From assembly GCA_051047955.1 (NCBI GenBank), contig JBPGPT010000030.1, positions 1 to 64,000 on the forward strand: a stretch of 64,000 nt of DNA, written 5' to 3'. Positions 36,718 to 49,700 of the stretch are shown here, piece by piece (the stretch's first letter is position 1; each line of letters begins with the position of its first letter). The notes below the pieces were generated by a model. That model did no database searches. It saw nothing but the letters and a program-made list of their open reading frames with translations, and was not told the origin of the DNA. The position numbers and the translations under genes were made by a program. This DNA comes from Cystobasidiomycetes sp. EMM_F5 (lineage: Eukaryota).

Positions 36718-39632
36718 TCAGTCTTCAGCGTCGATGGGAACAGATTGCAGTTCCGCTTCCAATCGAGCTCGCCAATTGAACCAATACTCATCCTTGTCGA
36801 CGGACGTCAAGGAGAGTGCGGTATGCGCAGTTGAAGGGGCGTGTCCAAAATGGCGCTTGAGCGCTTCCAAGCGCATCAAAAAATCGTCCGGGAGAGCCGG
36901 GATTGGAGCAGAAGCTGGGTCGCACAATGTACTGACTTGGCTATAAGATTTGATCATAGGTGTACTAAGAGGGTGTGTCGCGTCAACAGTTTTGCGCAGC
37001 GGTCCAAAAGCATTAATCTGGTAGACGGCCAACGCTTCGTTGTTGAGAGGCAAAGCGAAAGGCAACTGTGAGCCAAGCCATACGGTCAGCACCCAACGAG
37101 ACAGACTGTGTTGACGTCCAACAAACCATCACGTTGGAGTTGAGCTTATCTCCAGTTGCTTCGGGTCGCTCAGGAGGCTCGTAAGCCATATACGAAACAA
37201 GGCCGCAACCAAAGATATCATCGATATGCCGTTCCACTGTTGATCTCGGCTCTGACGTCCGCGACGTCTCATCGGTATCAATGTCCGATTCTCCGTCTGT
37301 AGACAGAGGCAGAGAGGATCTGGAGGACGAGGCTAGTGATCTCGCTTCCGGCGGTTCTAAGATGCGTAACATTTGTCGTTTCCTGCTGTGAGTGTCAGCT
37401 GATGTACCAGCATCATTTAATATGCAGCTTACTCCCAATCCTTCTGCAATTGCGCCAGGTACTGCGAGCATTCTTCGCTCATCTTGCTTTCATCAACCTC
37501 GTACCTGTACTCCTTTACTGCTTTACGCATCTGACAAGGATTGAGATTACGAAGATTTTGACATGTCGCGAGTAAACCATCGATACTGTCTTCAGACGAC
37601 AGGCACTGTAGCCATTGAAGCAGTTCGTTGAGCGGGCGAAAGTGTGCAGTGACCATCTGCATCGGTAATCGGTTTGTGCGTGCCCAATCTTCCAGCCAAG
37701 ACACGTTGAGCCGAATCTGTACTGCTCTCGATCTGCACAAATAGCGTTTCTACAAGTAGCGTCAGCGCGGCATTTTGCAGTCGTGACTTGCTGCTTACTT
37801 TTGCCAATATTCGATTGAAGAGTTCGGATGCAAGCCAATATAAGAGTTGCGAGAACGCTTGAACGACAATACACGGCTGGCCAGCCAGATCATACTGCTG
37901 CAATACAAACAAGGTCGAGGTGAAGATTGATGCTACCGAGGATGGAGTGAGACTGGGATTGGGCGAAGCGTGCGGGGATGCCGCCATACTACTCAAGCTA
38001 GCTGGTACAGAAGGCGTTCTGCCGCGCTGCAGTTTCCGAGGTGAGCCGGGTGAGCCGTTCGGGGGTGTGCAAGTGGGTTTCTCTGGCGTTGTAAACAGAC
38101 CTGTGACTGATTGTCGAGTCGCAGGAGAGTATCCTAGTGATGACTGTTTCTGGTGACGACCGGTGAAGGCACGAACAAATCGCCATTCATCTTCAAACCT
38201 CGTCTCATCGAATCCAGGCAGAGCAGAATGCTCAAGCATGGCTGCGTCCAGTATGCGATCCAGCCGCCTTTCGACGTTACGGATGCAATATACAAAAACC
38301 TGCTGGATCAATTCTTGCAGACTACGTTGGTGTTCATATGTGGATTGTTCTGTGTGCGGATCCTTGCGGAGGTAATACAGAAGCAGCAGCGTATTTGACA
38401 GCCAGTAAGCTGATGTCGCCAAGTCATCTCGAGCAGCCATGACAGTCGTCTCAATGCGATCCATTGCACCGATGAGTAGGTCGGCCGTCAAATCTTGTCC
38501 ACCGTATCTCGATGCATACCGCGTCGCTAGGAAGAGGACGCTTGCCGGTAGGAAACGAGTCTGCTCAGCACGATCTGGGCGAATGTTTGTAGCCAACTCG
38601 AGCAATGCTGGCAGGTCAGAACTGGAAAAGGACAGCATCTGCTCGCTCAAACAATCCTCCCAGTCGAATGAAATGAAGCTCTCCTCCTCCGATGCAGTAG
38701 AAATATCCTCAGCATCTCTGGCATCATCAGACAATACGTCCTCCAGACCAAGGCCGGGATTGGCTGTTGCAAACGAGAGATCTGCGGCCGAGATGCTCAT
38801 CAGGCTGACATCCAGGTCAAGTGTGTAGGATGACTCCGCAGCTAGCTCCGAAATTAGTGCCTGCTCTTTGCGTTGTGCAAGATTCATTCTGGAGTCACGC
38901 CTCGAAGCTGTAGAGACACTGCGTGTCATCCTCCGACCATTCTTCGATACCAAGTCAACATGCGTGTGTGCAGCTTCGAAGGGTGGAGTAGGCTGAGAGG
39001 GCGGTGTACGGCCGTATGGATCACTCTTGGCCAATTCTACGAGCACGTCGCGAAACACATCGCCTGCCGAGCCTGGTCGGATGAGGTCGATAGCCGCCAA
39101 TCCCGCATGCGAGCGGAGGGTTGTGCATGCGCGCCTGTTGATGAGATATGAGCACAGCGGGAGGTCTGACATGAACGTGCGCGACAGTGTCAGCAAGTAA
39201 TTATACTTAAGCGCACAAATGTCACTCACTGCCAGTCTGAAAAGCCCACATCAATGCAGTCCATCCTCGGGCGTCTCTGCAGTCTTTGTCTCCGCCTGCT
39301 TCCACTATGATACGAGCTGCGTCGCTGTGACCAAATGCGCTGGCGAGTATGAGCGCCGGGCAGCCATCGCTGTCCTCGGCGTTGATGTCAAAGTACGACC
39401 TTGCATTGAGGCTGGTCGCTTCAGCCTTGAGCAACCACTCCAGCAGTTCGACCATGCCAGACGAGGCAGCGTGGAGGTATGCGCTACCGACCAGACGGCG
39501 CTTGTCGTCTTCTTTGACATCTTCAGACAAAATGATGCCCGCCAGCTTTGCGACCGTCGGGGCCAGCGTGTCGAGCACTTCGTCCACGACGACAGGGGCC
39601 ATAGCGGGCTTGCCAGACCCGGCAGCGGTCAT
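36718..39632 (-). CDS. Ankyrin repeat and DIL (dilute) domain protein
   Basis: Ankyrin repeats (DSDGCPALILAS, RGWTALMWA), FDWEDC...ML, SQLLYWL...FNRIL, CRSRAVQIRLNVSWLEDWAR. Confidence 0.88.
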
Positions 39633-39965
39633 TCAGCGCATATTCTGTGGACAGGCATGCATCGACGAGGCAGCCGCTCAGGCGTGTTGGCCAAAAGTCA
39701 CCAGCCAACGCGCTGCTGCAATCAGGGCGAGTTGTCGAGAAAACTGTACAGCCTCAACACATGGAAGCAGCCGCAATCCCCCTTTGGGAGACTGGCACTC
39801 GTTCATTACGTTCATACTGGATATACATCGTGTTTGCATGCGGCAGGTCTAGCGAAACCCATCCATTGATATAATAGCATGCGTCGTGTAGGAACTAGGT
39901 AGTGGTGGTGTCCTGCAGCGGCCTTCAACCCGAGTCAGCGTGTGCTTCTCAGCTACATTTGCACC

Positions 39966-41081
39966 TCAATAGATGAGCTGGCTGCGATAGTTTGGGTAGA
40001 GCACATAGAGCGGAATCCAAAGGAGACCAATCGTGACCAGAGCTTCGGGCAGCTCCCTTCAGCAATACAGTATACAAAGTCAGTTACAGCTTCAACCCGA
40101 AAACGGCGGGCAATCATACCACAAGACATGGAACGAGATGCCCGGACGGTCGTTGATCCAGCTGCTTGTGCCCTTGTAGCGAAGCTCAAGGTAGATGGGC
40201 GGTACAACCAATAACAGAACCTGAAAATACGGCAGTCAGTCTTCAAATCGACCTTGTGAAGGTAGAGACACGCACCAGCAGTATCAAGTAGGCTGTCGTT
40301 TGTCGATACAAGAATGGACCGCGGAACAAAAGGTGCAGGAAGAGCAAACCCAGGAATACGAATTGCAGCACAATATACGCCTGCGATTGGTAATCCTAGG
40401 ACATCAGTGTGTTCCTGCGCCCCGCCTCGAGCAAAGCGACGTACCTGCACTGTTGTTCCGAGACTCTGCTTCCCGACTTCAACAGCATAATAGATGCCAA
40501 CGATAACGTCGGCCAAGAGAAGTAATCCAAGCAGGTGGACAAAGAGGCGATGTCTGCGCTCCCCATATGTTGCAGCTGTTGCGAAATGTTCGGCGGTAAG
40601 GGTCAAGACACAGTCACAAAGGATAGGATACCCGACAGCCAGAAGACCTTGAGCAGCTGTAGGAAGTGCATACTCAGCTTAAAAGTAGGAAAACCACTCG
40701 GTTGCTATGCAACTCACCGCGAAACTCGGTGAGATTTCCATTGCCTTCGTTAGCCTCGTGCACCCGTAGTCCAAATGTAGCTATACGGATTGCAATAAAC
40801 AGAAGCTGCGGATCATGAGCCTGTTGACAACTGTTGTCAACTGAACATCCAAATTGAGTAGCTCACCAATAATCCAAGGACTGGTGCTGTCCGCATGCGG
40901 AACACAGCGACGAGCAACGCGATGGAATAGAAACCCAGCCATACTGCGTTGCTGCGTAGACCAGAACAATTCGTTAGGACCGATTCTGCGGCAGGACCAA
41001 CGGGGCGACTCACGGTGTGATTGTGGTCGCCGTGACGAACAGCTGCGTCACAAACTCAGCTCCACTATCAGCTCCAGACAT
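39966..41081 (-). CDS. Multi-pass (about 7TM) membrane protein, RTA1/DUF7702-like
   Basis: Manual 7-exon model: MSGADSG..NAVWLGFYSIALLV..FIAIRIATFGLR..AAQGLLAVGY..WELPEALVTIGLLWIPL..LIY*. All introns GT-AG and frame-consistent. Confidence 0.72.
40823..40841. repeat. Perfect 19-bp inverted repeat GTTGACAAC-T-GTTGTCAAC inside an intron
   Basis: The two 9-bp arms are exact reverse complements. Confidence 0.9.
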
Positions 41082-41889
41082 GACGGGCAATTCGCTCTCA
41101 GCGTCTCGGATGAAGACTGGAGGCAATCCACTCGTCCAGAGACCTGTAGCTCGTCCATTTCATCGTCTGTTTTGTTGGACAAAAGCCGAACGGCTTCGGA
41201 ATGCGTCAGTTTGAAATCAGTTGGACGTTGCGAAGCTCTTCGGTGGACGTCTGTGAAGTGATGGAGTGAAAAGGCGGAGTTGATTCATGCTTCCCACCAT
41301 CACGAGGTCAATATTCATACTGAACTGACTGTTCAAGTCTGGCCACTCGAGAGTAAGCCCACGAAGCCCGTTGCAGCACCTTGAGCATACTGGTCCGCCG
41401 GAGGACCACGGCGGGCGGACGGCGCATCAGCGTTAGCGAATCCCGCATCTGCCGACCCAGATGGAATATCCGGGGTAGAATGAGCCTGAGGGCGGATCAT
41501 GATGCCCTATTGATGCCTATGGACCGGAAGGAATAACGTTGAAGCAAGGCTGACATCTAAGTCCGGCCCATCGGGGATCAGTCTCAAAGCACAAGACGAA
41601 AGGACCAACTCTGACTGTGCATACGCAGAAAACCAACCAAACAAAATGCCATCTTGCCAATTTTCTTCTTTCACTGATATTTCCCGTTCTGACCACAATA
41701 TGATACCGGCCGATGCTTCGGGAAACGTATGTCACAGCTCTGTCCTCAGCGGTGCCAAAATCTTCGCCAGCTTCCTACATTTGTCCTCGAACTCTGCAGG
41801 CTATATGGCTTGGATCTGCGCGACAGACGCTATATTCTCCGAAAGTAACTTCTAAAAGGCTGAGCACCTAGTCTATGACCCAACTACCA

Positions 41890-43405
41890 TCACCTCAGGC
41901 CCGCCATCGCCTTGATACGTGTGACTTGCGCGTCAAACACCTCCTTCTTCGTCTTGAATGCTACAAGACCGAGTAGGGCAATGCTATAGCCCAGCATCTG
42001 GACGAAAGTCACAGTCGATCCGAGTAGGAGGACAGAGCCCGCAACGAGTAGGATATCCTTGACAACGCCAGACAAGGTGAGAACGAGCGAAGACGCGCAG
42101 CCGATGAGGAAGACGACGGCAATGTTCAAGCACAATGCGCAGCTCGCGTTTGTAACGAGCACCATTGGCCCAAGCCGCTCCCAAGCGAGGTAAAGTGGGG
42201 CAGTTCCCTCGTAGACTGGCACGAGAAGTGCATTGAGGCCAGCACACACGGGTGCGAAATAGTATAGCGATACCAGCGGGTCCATCTTAAGGCCGTGCAG
42301 CAGCTTTTGAATGGCGACTAGACGAGCAGCCTCGAAGGCAATGCCAAGCGCCTGGCAAATGAACCCAGACAGAGCAAAGTCAATCTCGCCGTATGACGCA
42401 AGAGCGACTCCTGTCGAGATGAAGACCACAATGACGAGAGTGCGTTGCGTTGGGGTCTCGAGGCCCATGAGGACTGACATCCCCAAGACTGCAACGGAAG
42501 TGAATGCCTTGAGCCTGCAAAGATATCAGCGTCAGTACCGATTCATCGCGTGTCTGCAATCGATGCTTTACATCTGGATGAAGGATACGCTAAGAGTCAG
42601 ATAGGCCATGTTTGAGAAGATGAGGGATGCTGAAAACAAGGCTCCGATAGGAACAATGTTGCGCAAATATCTGTCCCAGGACATTTGCAAAGTATGGACA
42701 CCATCGAGCAAATGAGTCGTTCTGAGCATGATTCGGGTTCCGATTGTAGCGTAGACCAGATGCCATGTTGTCAAGAAGATTGGGCTATAGCGAACAAAAG
42801 CATGGTCAGACATGCAAGACTTGTCTCCAATCTCCACTCACTAGGGAAAGTTGAGGTCAGACTGGATTGTGAGGAGAATTATCAACAAGATGCACAAAAG
42901 GATAGTCTTCACTATCTATACTGACTAGGATGTACTTGTTGTATAAGATCTAGGCCGAGCAGAGGGTGCCGTGCAGTGTCAGCCAATGCGTTCAGGGACA
43001 ACTTGAAGGTGTTGAGCCTCAAATACTCACAACGCTCGAAGACAGGCAGATCCAAATGCATATGATGACCACAGGGTTGAGCTTCTTTGGTTCTTGCTGC
43101 TCATCAAGGCCGTATTGTCAGCCAGCGCGTTTCAGGGCGTCCGAGCCAGGTAAGAAACATCCGTACTCACCGTGACAGCTGGGACGGAGTGGTTTGGCGG
43201 GTTCGCGATAAGCGGATCGCTGATCTTGTCGCCAGTATCCCGCAGCTCGTCTGTTGTTAGTCGTCGTATTTTTCATGCATATTTTGGATAAAAGCACACG
43301 TTTTCGAAATTGTCAGTGCGCACAGCTCTGGCAATTGTGCCCGGCGGAATAGGCAGCCTCACAGCCCTTGTCGCCTCCGTTGATATTGACGCGCGTGTCC
43401 GCCAT
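41890..43405 (-). CDS. Triose-phosphate/nucleotide-sugar transporter family (TPT) protein
   Basis: WICLSS.VILYNK, PIFLTTWHL, IVPIGALFSASLIFSNMAYLTLSVSFIQMLKAF, MDPLVSLYYFAPVC. Confidence 0.92.
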
Positions 43406-43662
43406 GGCTTCCCGATGCAGTGGTGTTGTGCAATGGAAGACAGCGGGCGGCAATTTGCGCGTAGCTTTACGCAGATCGCTTGGAATGCTCAAACATAAAC
43501 AAGGCGAGGAATCGCATCGACAAAAGCGTCTCCACATGCAGATGCAGATCAAACAGGTAACGTTGGTGTTTTACAACATCAGGCCTCAGCTTATCTTCTT
43601 CATTTGCATGATCCACTCGCAGAGCGTGTATGATACGCGATGAAACGAACGATACCGGCGGG

Positions 43663-44736
43663 CTACCTCGGTCGTGCGGGAAGAGCAGGCGCAGCGACTC
43701 CGGCGGAGTTCGTGTTGGATCCCGAAGGAATGGCTGCCTCGGACGGGTCGGTAGTGCCGTACCCTGCCGCTGTGTCCTGAGCGAGTAGAGCGCTGTTGGA
43801 TCCCGTCTTCTTGCTCCATCTGCCCTGTTTGGCGGCAGTGACAATCTCCTGGCCTTGAGCTTCGACATCAGTATGTCCACGGTTGCTGTCTCTGAATCTT
43901 AGCACTTGATCGCCTGCTGCTTGAGACGAGATACCCACGCTGCCCTTTCGGTAAGCCAGGCTTCAAAGAGATTTGCATTGCGACTGTTCGGTTTGAACGC
44001 CTACAAGTGATCCGGAACACCAAGGATGCGCATTCAGCGCGATACTTCAAAGAGAGCAGACACAGCGCACGGCCATGATAATGTCACCAGCTATCGGGAT
44101 GAAGCTGACTCCAGTAGCGAACAGAGTGCTGCAATGAAGTGTTTACTATGGAAACGCAGACATGGACGGCACTAGCGACCTACTTTAGTTGCATCTGGGT
44201 CAGCAGCGAATTGGGCTGGCGAGGCAGCACCGTCAGAATAAGTCAGGCCATCATCCGTCCATATGCATACAATATCGGCAGTCTTGCACTTTGCTATGAC
44301 GAGCTTGTAACCGAGTGCTGCATCGGTTGCGCTACCTAGAACCGGGATGAGTCCAATGAGGAATGTCCAGCCGAATCTGATTCCGCAGATGTGAAAGCCC
44401 TTGTCGAGGTAGTGACTCCTTCGTCGAACACTCTTGAGAATCCTGGCTTCTTCTGCCGTCAATCCGGGCGGCATGGCCCTCTTGCGTTTTCGCTCTCTCC
44501 CTCGTTCGTCAGTGAAAGTCTCGTAATGCGGGTCCTACGGACGAACAATTCAGTAAATAGGAACGTCCAATATAGTAATAGAGGACGGACAGGCGGTTCC
44601 CAGGCTTGCGCTTTCTTTGCACCCAACTTGCGGGCCATGGTCTAGGGAGACGGTCCATGCTCAGCTCAGTTCAGCTGGCGGCACCGCGACCGCAGCCAGA
44701 TTACTATGCCCTCACTGTTGCTATCTTGCTCGTCAT
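43663..44736 (-). CDS. DUF4112 domain membrane protein
   Basis: DPHYE..KRAMPPGL..ILKSVRRRSHYLDKGFHICGIRFGWTFLIGLIP, IPIAGDIIM. Confidence 0.85.
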
Positions 44737-45072
44737 GTTGAAGTCCACTCGTTGGGTGTAATCCAAGGAAGTGCTTGGATTGTTGACAGGCCACACGCGG
44801 GTGGCGTTTGGCGTGGGAGTGACGGCATCATTGACGCAAATTACAAGATACAACTTTTGGTAAAGAAACCTTCATAAGGGGGCATTACTAAGTGACTGAG
44901 CAGGGTAGGGTTCCATTCGCGCAATGTCCCGATGAAGAAGAACAAGAAAACACAGTCTATGCCTATAGATACATACTACACGAAGTCGTCGAACTTGTTT
45001 CAAAAAATCCGTAAAGACGAAACAGATCATGCGCACTCCGTTCTGCTCTTGAGTCAGTTCCTCACGACTTAT

Positions 45073-46522
45073 TCACACAGGCGGTATGAGTCGCGACAAT
45101 TCCGATTGTCGTTGCATTTCGCTTTCCTCCATAGCAGGAGTTTCGATTTGTAGACCGATACCAAATTTGGACGTGTTCTGAAGACGAGCACAAACTTCAG
45201 TCGCACATTCTGCGTATACGGCTTATAGTTATTCTCAGCCTACCTTCCAGTGATCAATTTCACCAGCAACCAAGAAGCTGAACGCAGGCGTGAAGCGCTG
45301 CTCGACGTGCGCGCTGACCTTGCCTGCATTATCGAGCTGTGCTCGGATGGTCGCCAACCTGAAGTCATACTTTGCCGCCAATACGGCAGTCGCTTTCCTC
45401 TCGGCAGGCTGTGGGTGGAGCATGACTGTATATTCCGCACCAGCTTCGACCTTGTCGCTCAAGCGTTGCCAGTACGACGCTTTTAAGGCGCCCTGCGCTC
45501 CAAGCGTAGCCGTGCCTATCCAATCGTTCTGTGCTCCGCCAACGTACTTGGCCATATAGCTTGACGCTGTAATCTGCTCGTCGGGTGCTTGAGACTGGTA
45601 CACATACTCTGTCCCAATTGCGAGGCGTTTAGTAACGGATTGCAAGTATTGAGCAAGATATACGCCGGTTCCATCGGTCAAGCCTGGGTTGTAGGCCTTC
45701 AAAGTCAGACCGTAGTCCTTGCCGACGCGGTCATGTTCTATTTGAATCATGTTTCCACCAGCGGACCCAGCTGGTTGTAGCTGAGGAGAGATATGTCAGC
45801 TCGATGTCGTCCGTCAGGGTATACGCAGTCAGCTGGCTCACGCCAAACGTAAATTTGGTCCGGTCGCTCGAGGACCAGCCAATATTGCATCTCGTATTCA
45901 AAGCACCCTCGTGATCGATGTTTCCTTGCAAAAACAGCTACAATAGATTGCAGCGTAATACGCGTCAGTCAATGAAGCCAGCGAAGTGTGTTACGGTGGC
46001 TGCGCACCCTGTTTGTTGCATACAGGGCCATAAAGCTGTATTGACCAGGTCCGCCAGCAGTCGCCGGCCCACCCATAGGACTTGGCTGACTTTGACCGAG
46101 AACAAAAGAGTGTGCTACTTGGAATGCTGGGTTTAGATTGAAGCTCTTGGAAAGATCTGCTCGAGCGCCATCAAACATTAAATTTGTAGCCTGAACGCCT
46201 ACGAAGCCAAACGATGAATAGAGGGTCAGCAAGGCCCGTAACAATGAATAATGTACAATCTCAAAGCCGTACTTCTAGCTTCCAGATCCAGCTTGTCAAC
46301 AGACCCAGGGTTTGGTAAATCCAGAGAATCTCTCCAAGCATCGAAACGAGCGGTAGCGGCATTGATGGGCGAAAGGACTGGTGACAGGAAGGATCTGAGG
46401 CCGCTCAAAGTTGATCCAGCGAAGCCTCGCTGGGATGGCGGTATCGCTGGTACCCGTGAAATGTAATCATTGTCGAGAAGAACTTCCTTCTCGTAGGCGC
46501 TGCTCGTGCTAGCTGTCGCCAT
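45073..46522 (-). CDS. TOM40: Mitochondrial import channel Tom40
   Basis: LPNPG, FDGARADLSK..NPAFQVAHSF, QGNID, YLQSVT, ASYWQRL, GEIDH, KFGIG. Confidence 0.95.
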
Positions 46523-46790
46523 GGCTCAGGAAGCAGGACTCGTTGTTGTCCAGTGCTGCAGCTGGACAGACTCGATGTACTGGTGAGCAGGGCCGTGTTG
46601 ATGATGTGGTACCCTGCTCGCTACCGTGCGCAAGTCCGGAAGTGCGGATCGAAATTTGGACAGCCAAAACTACAATCACATCCGTAGAGACGGTAAACGA
46701 GGGCATACTAGTACAGAGCAATGCATCTGACAACGACAATGACACTGTGAAATTCTGAATGCCGAGAACTGACTATCGTGAAAAGAAGGG

Positions 46791-49700
46791 TTAATGCGAA
46801 AAGAGCGTGTACCATATGGTCTGCGCGTGCTGCCACAGCGAGAGGGAATCAGCCGAGAGTTGCGAAGCTCGCAGCGTGAAGAGCGGATCGTCGGAGTTAT
46901 CCAAACCCGGCGGTGCAGCGTAGAATCCACCTAACAAGACCAAGTAGCTACAAGCCGATGTCCAGGTTAGTCTATCTTAACAAGGGGTGATTCTATAGAC
47001 TGACCTCAACACCAGTATGCTGCCGCGGTAGTAGTTACTTCGCGACTCTAGGTAGACGTAAGTGAGCAGGAAGACTGAGAACATGATACAGATTGCATCC
47101 CATCGAGGGAAAATCAGTCTACACGCAATTGTCAGACAAAACTCCAAAGGCTGAGGCTCGAGGGGGCAAGCTCACGTGAAAGCCCTGTGAATCATCGTGT
47201 CCTTGCCGATACTGTAGAAGGCCGTGAAAGCTACCATTGCAGGAATTTGCAAAAGGCAGACTTGAAGTGCATACGCCGAACCAATCTCCATCGAGAGTGC
47301 AATGTTGCCATTCAGGGCGAACGAGATCGCGTTCATAAACTCAGTCGTGTTTGGTACTAGCGCAAAGAGCGTGATGCCCAGGAATTTTTCCGGAATTCCC
47401 GAGCCATTGAGCACGACATCGACGACATCGACAAGAATCTCTGCATATAAACGTCAGACGGGAGGCATCGATCACAAAAAGGTGAGACTCGCCTGCGATA
47501 ATAGCATACAGCATCGTGCATCCAACGAGCACCGAATAACTCTTGAAACGACTCCAGTTCGGTGCATCATGTCCGCCATGACCTTCACCGTGATCCGCGC
47601 CCGCATCTACAGCATTCCCTGCTCGACTCATTTCACGTTCGTGCAGCGGCGCGTGTGACACCATCCGCTTCAGTCCGGGCGTGTGCATACGATCAGACTG
47701 AGCGACATTCTGGCTCTGCATGGCAGATGCAGTCGCCGCAACCAAGTGAAAAGCTCTATTGACTTCCTCGGCAGTGACTCCAGGTGGTAATTGCACATTC
47801 GAATAGGCCATGGCGCTGTTATTTGCCTCCTGACCTAGGTAGGACGGCTTCCGTGAAACATGAGTAGGTGTAGCCATAGGAGTGCTGGTACTGAAAGCAT
47901 TGTCGCGATGTGCTAAATAAGCCGGATCTACATGTCGTCGAAGTGATTCATTTTCAGCACTCGTGTAGGATGCGTTTCGTGGATGGCCAGCGGGCACGGG
48001 AGCCTTCTTGTACATCGAAGCTTGTCGAGGGAGCTCTACGCGGGCTGTGGGTAAAGCCGAGCCTGAAACAAATGGCATGGCCGTCGGCGGCGCAGTGATT
48101 GCGGAAGCCTGCTGATTCTGCCAAATGTGCGAAGCATGCGTCCGAAGCGAGAACCATAAGCCGATGAGGTAAGACTGTTCCGAGTACCAGCATCAGCGGT
48201 CAGCTCAGATTACACTAACGGCGAGGTGCCTACTCACCAATGCAAGAATAATGGCACAGTAGTAACTGAGCCCCTTGACGTTGGTCTCAAAAAAGATGTC
48301 ATCGACGGGATCTACGTGCTCATAGAAGCACCGCTGACAGCTGAAGTCAACGGTTGTGGGGACATTGGGACATTGTGTACAAGTAAGCTTGAACGTTCCA
48401 TAAATTTGGTAGAACAGCGTAGGCGTCAGAATGCCAATGATAGCCATAATAAGCATAGTGCTAGTGACACCTGCGGAACGGGCGTTGAATTTTTGTTCCT
48501 TGCGCCTGAAAGCTCCCGCAACCATCGAGAGTCCCGGCATGAGCAGAACGCCAGCAAGCAAAGATCCAACTATGCTTCCTTCAACGAGTTGTCCTTTGCC
48601 CTGAGTGAGCGCAATACCGTACAGGATGATTTCGATAATCGAACCGAAAGTGGCATTGATAACAGCGCCCATACCGATAGATGATTGTGCGGAAATAGAA
48701 GCCACAGCCATGCCGATAAAGTAAGAAAGTGGAATAACGCTCAGTAAGGCCAGGGTGAAGATTGTCCCTTGTCCGGCGATGAACGCCCAGAAACCGGTTA
48801 AATGGCGATGCTCCACAACGGGTAGGATGAAGAAGAAATCGAAAATGACAAATGCCATGAGAGGTAATAGATTGATGAACAGGATGTTAGTGCCATCGAT
48901 AGTATATTTGTAATACTTGATGCCAACAGCCTTGTATGTGCACAGAATTATACGTGCTTCAGGCCCGAGAATTCTGCCCATTGCAAGTGCCTGATCATAT
49001 GTCTTGCGAGAATGACGAGGCGCTTTCTGTCCCGCCTCAATAGGTGGTGCAGATCCATTTGATGCGTCTAGGGAATTGTTACCGTAATAGTTTGGCGATG
49101 GGTAGCGGAAAGCCAACGCCAATGGCTCCTCGTGGAGATGCGTAATGAGGATCCACATGACTTTCGCCATGGGAATGGTAAAGACGCACGCCCAGCATAT
49201 TGCGCATACGAAGAGCATAATTGGTGCCACAAAAAGATAGAATACTGTCCAGTATGACAAACGGCCCAAGGCTCGGACTCGGAAGCGTTTGTCCTCTACT
49301 TCGGCCTCGTCATGCTTGTCGTCAACATGTGGGCCATCCGCTACTTCGGTTTCCGATCCCGATGATGCTGGCAAGACGTCTAACGGCTTCGACTCGGTCC
49401 CGTACGTGGTGCTCCTGTGGGACAGCAACGGAGCCCGCTCGTTGACAGCTGCAGCATCTAGCCCATATGCATTTGGTCGCTCGGGAGTCGGAGTATCTGA
49501 TCGTGTTCCATTGTCTGGACCGTCTTCATCGTGACTGTGGTGCCGGATGATTGTGTCAGAACTGCTGTTTCTGACTCGTGTCCTTGGCCAAGTACGTCCA
49601 GCTTCCTCAATATCTCTAGGTCGCGCAGTGTCCTCGTAAATTGTGCTGCCTTCGCCATCATTGGACAATTCATCATAGCCCCTGACATCGTCTGGGGAGC

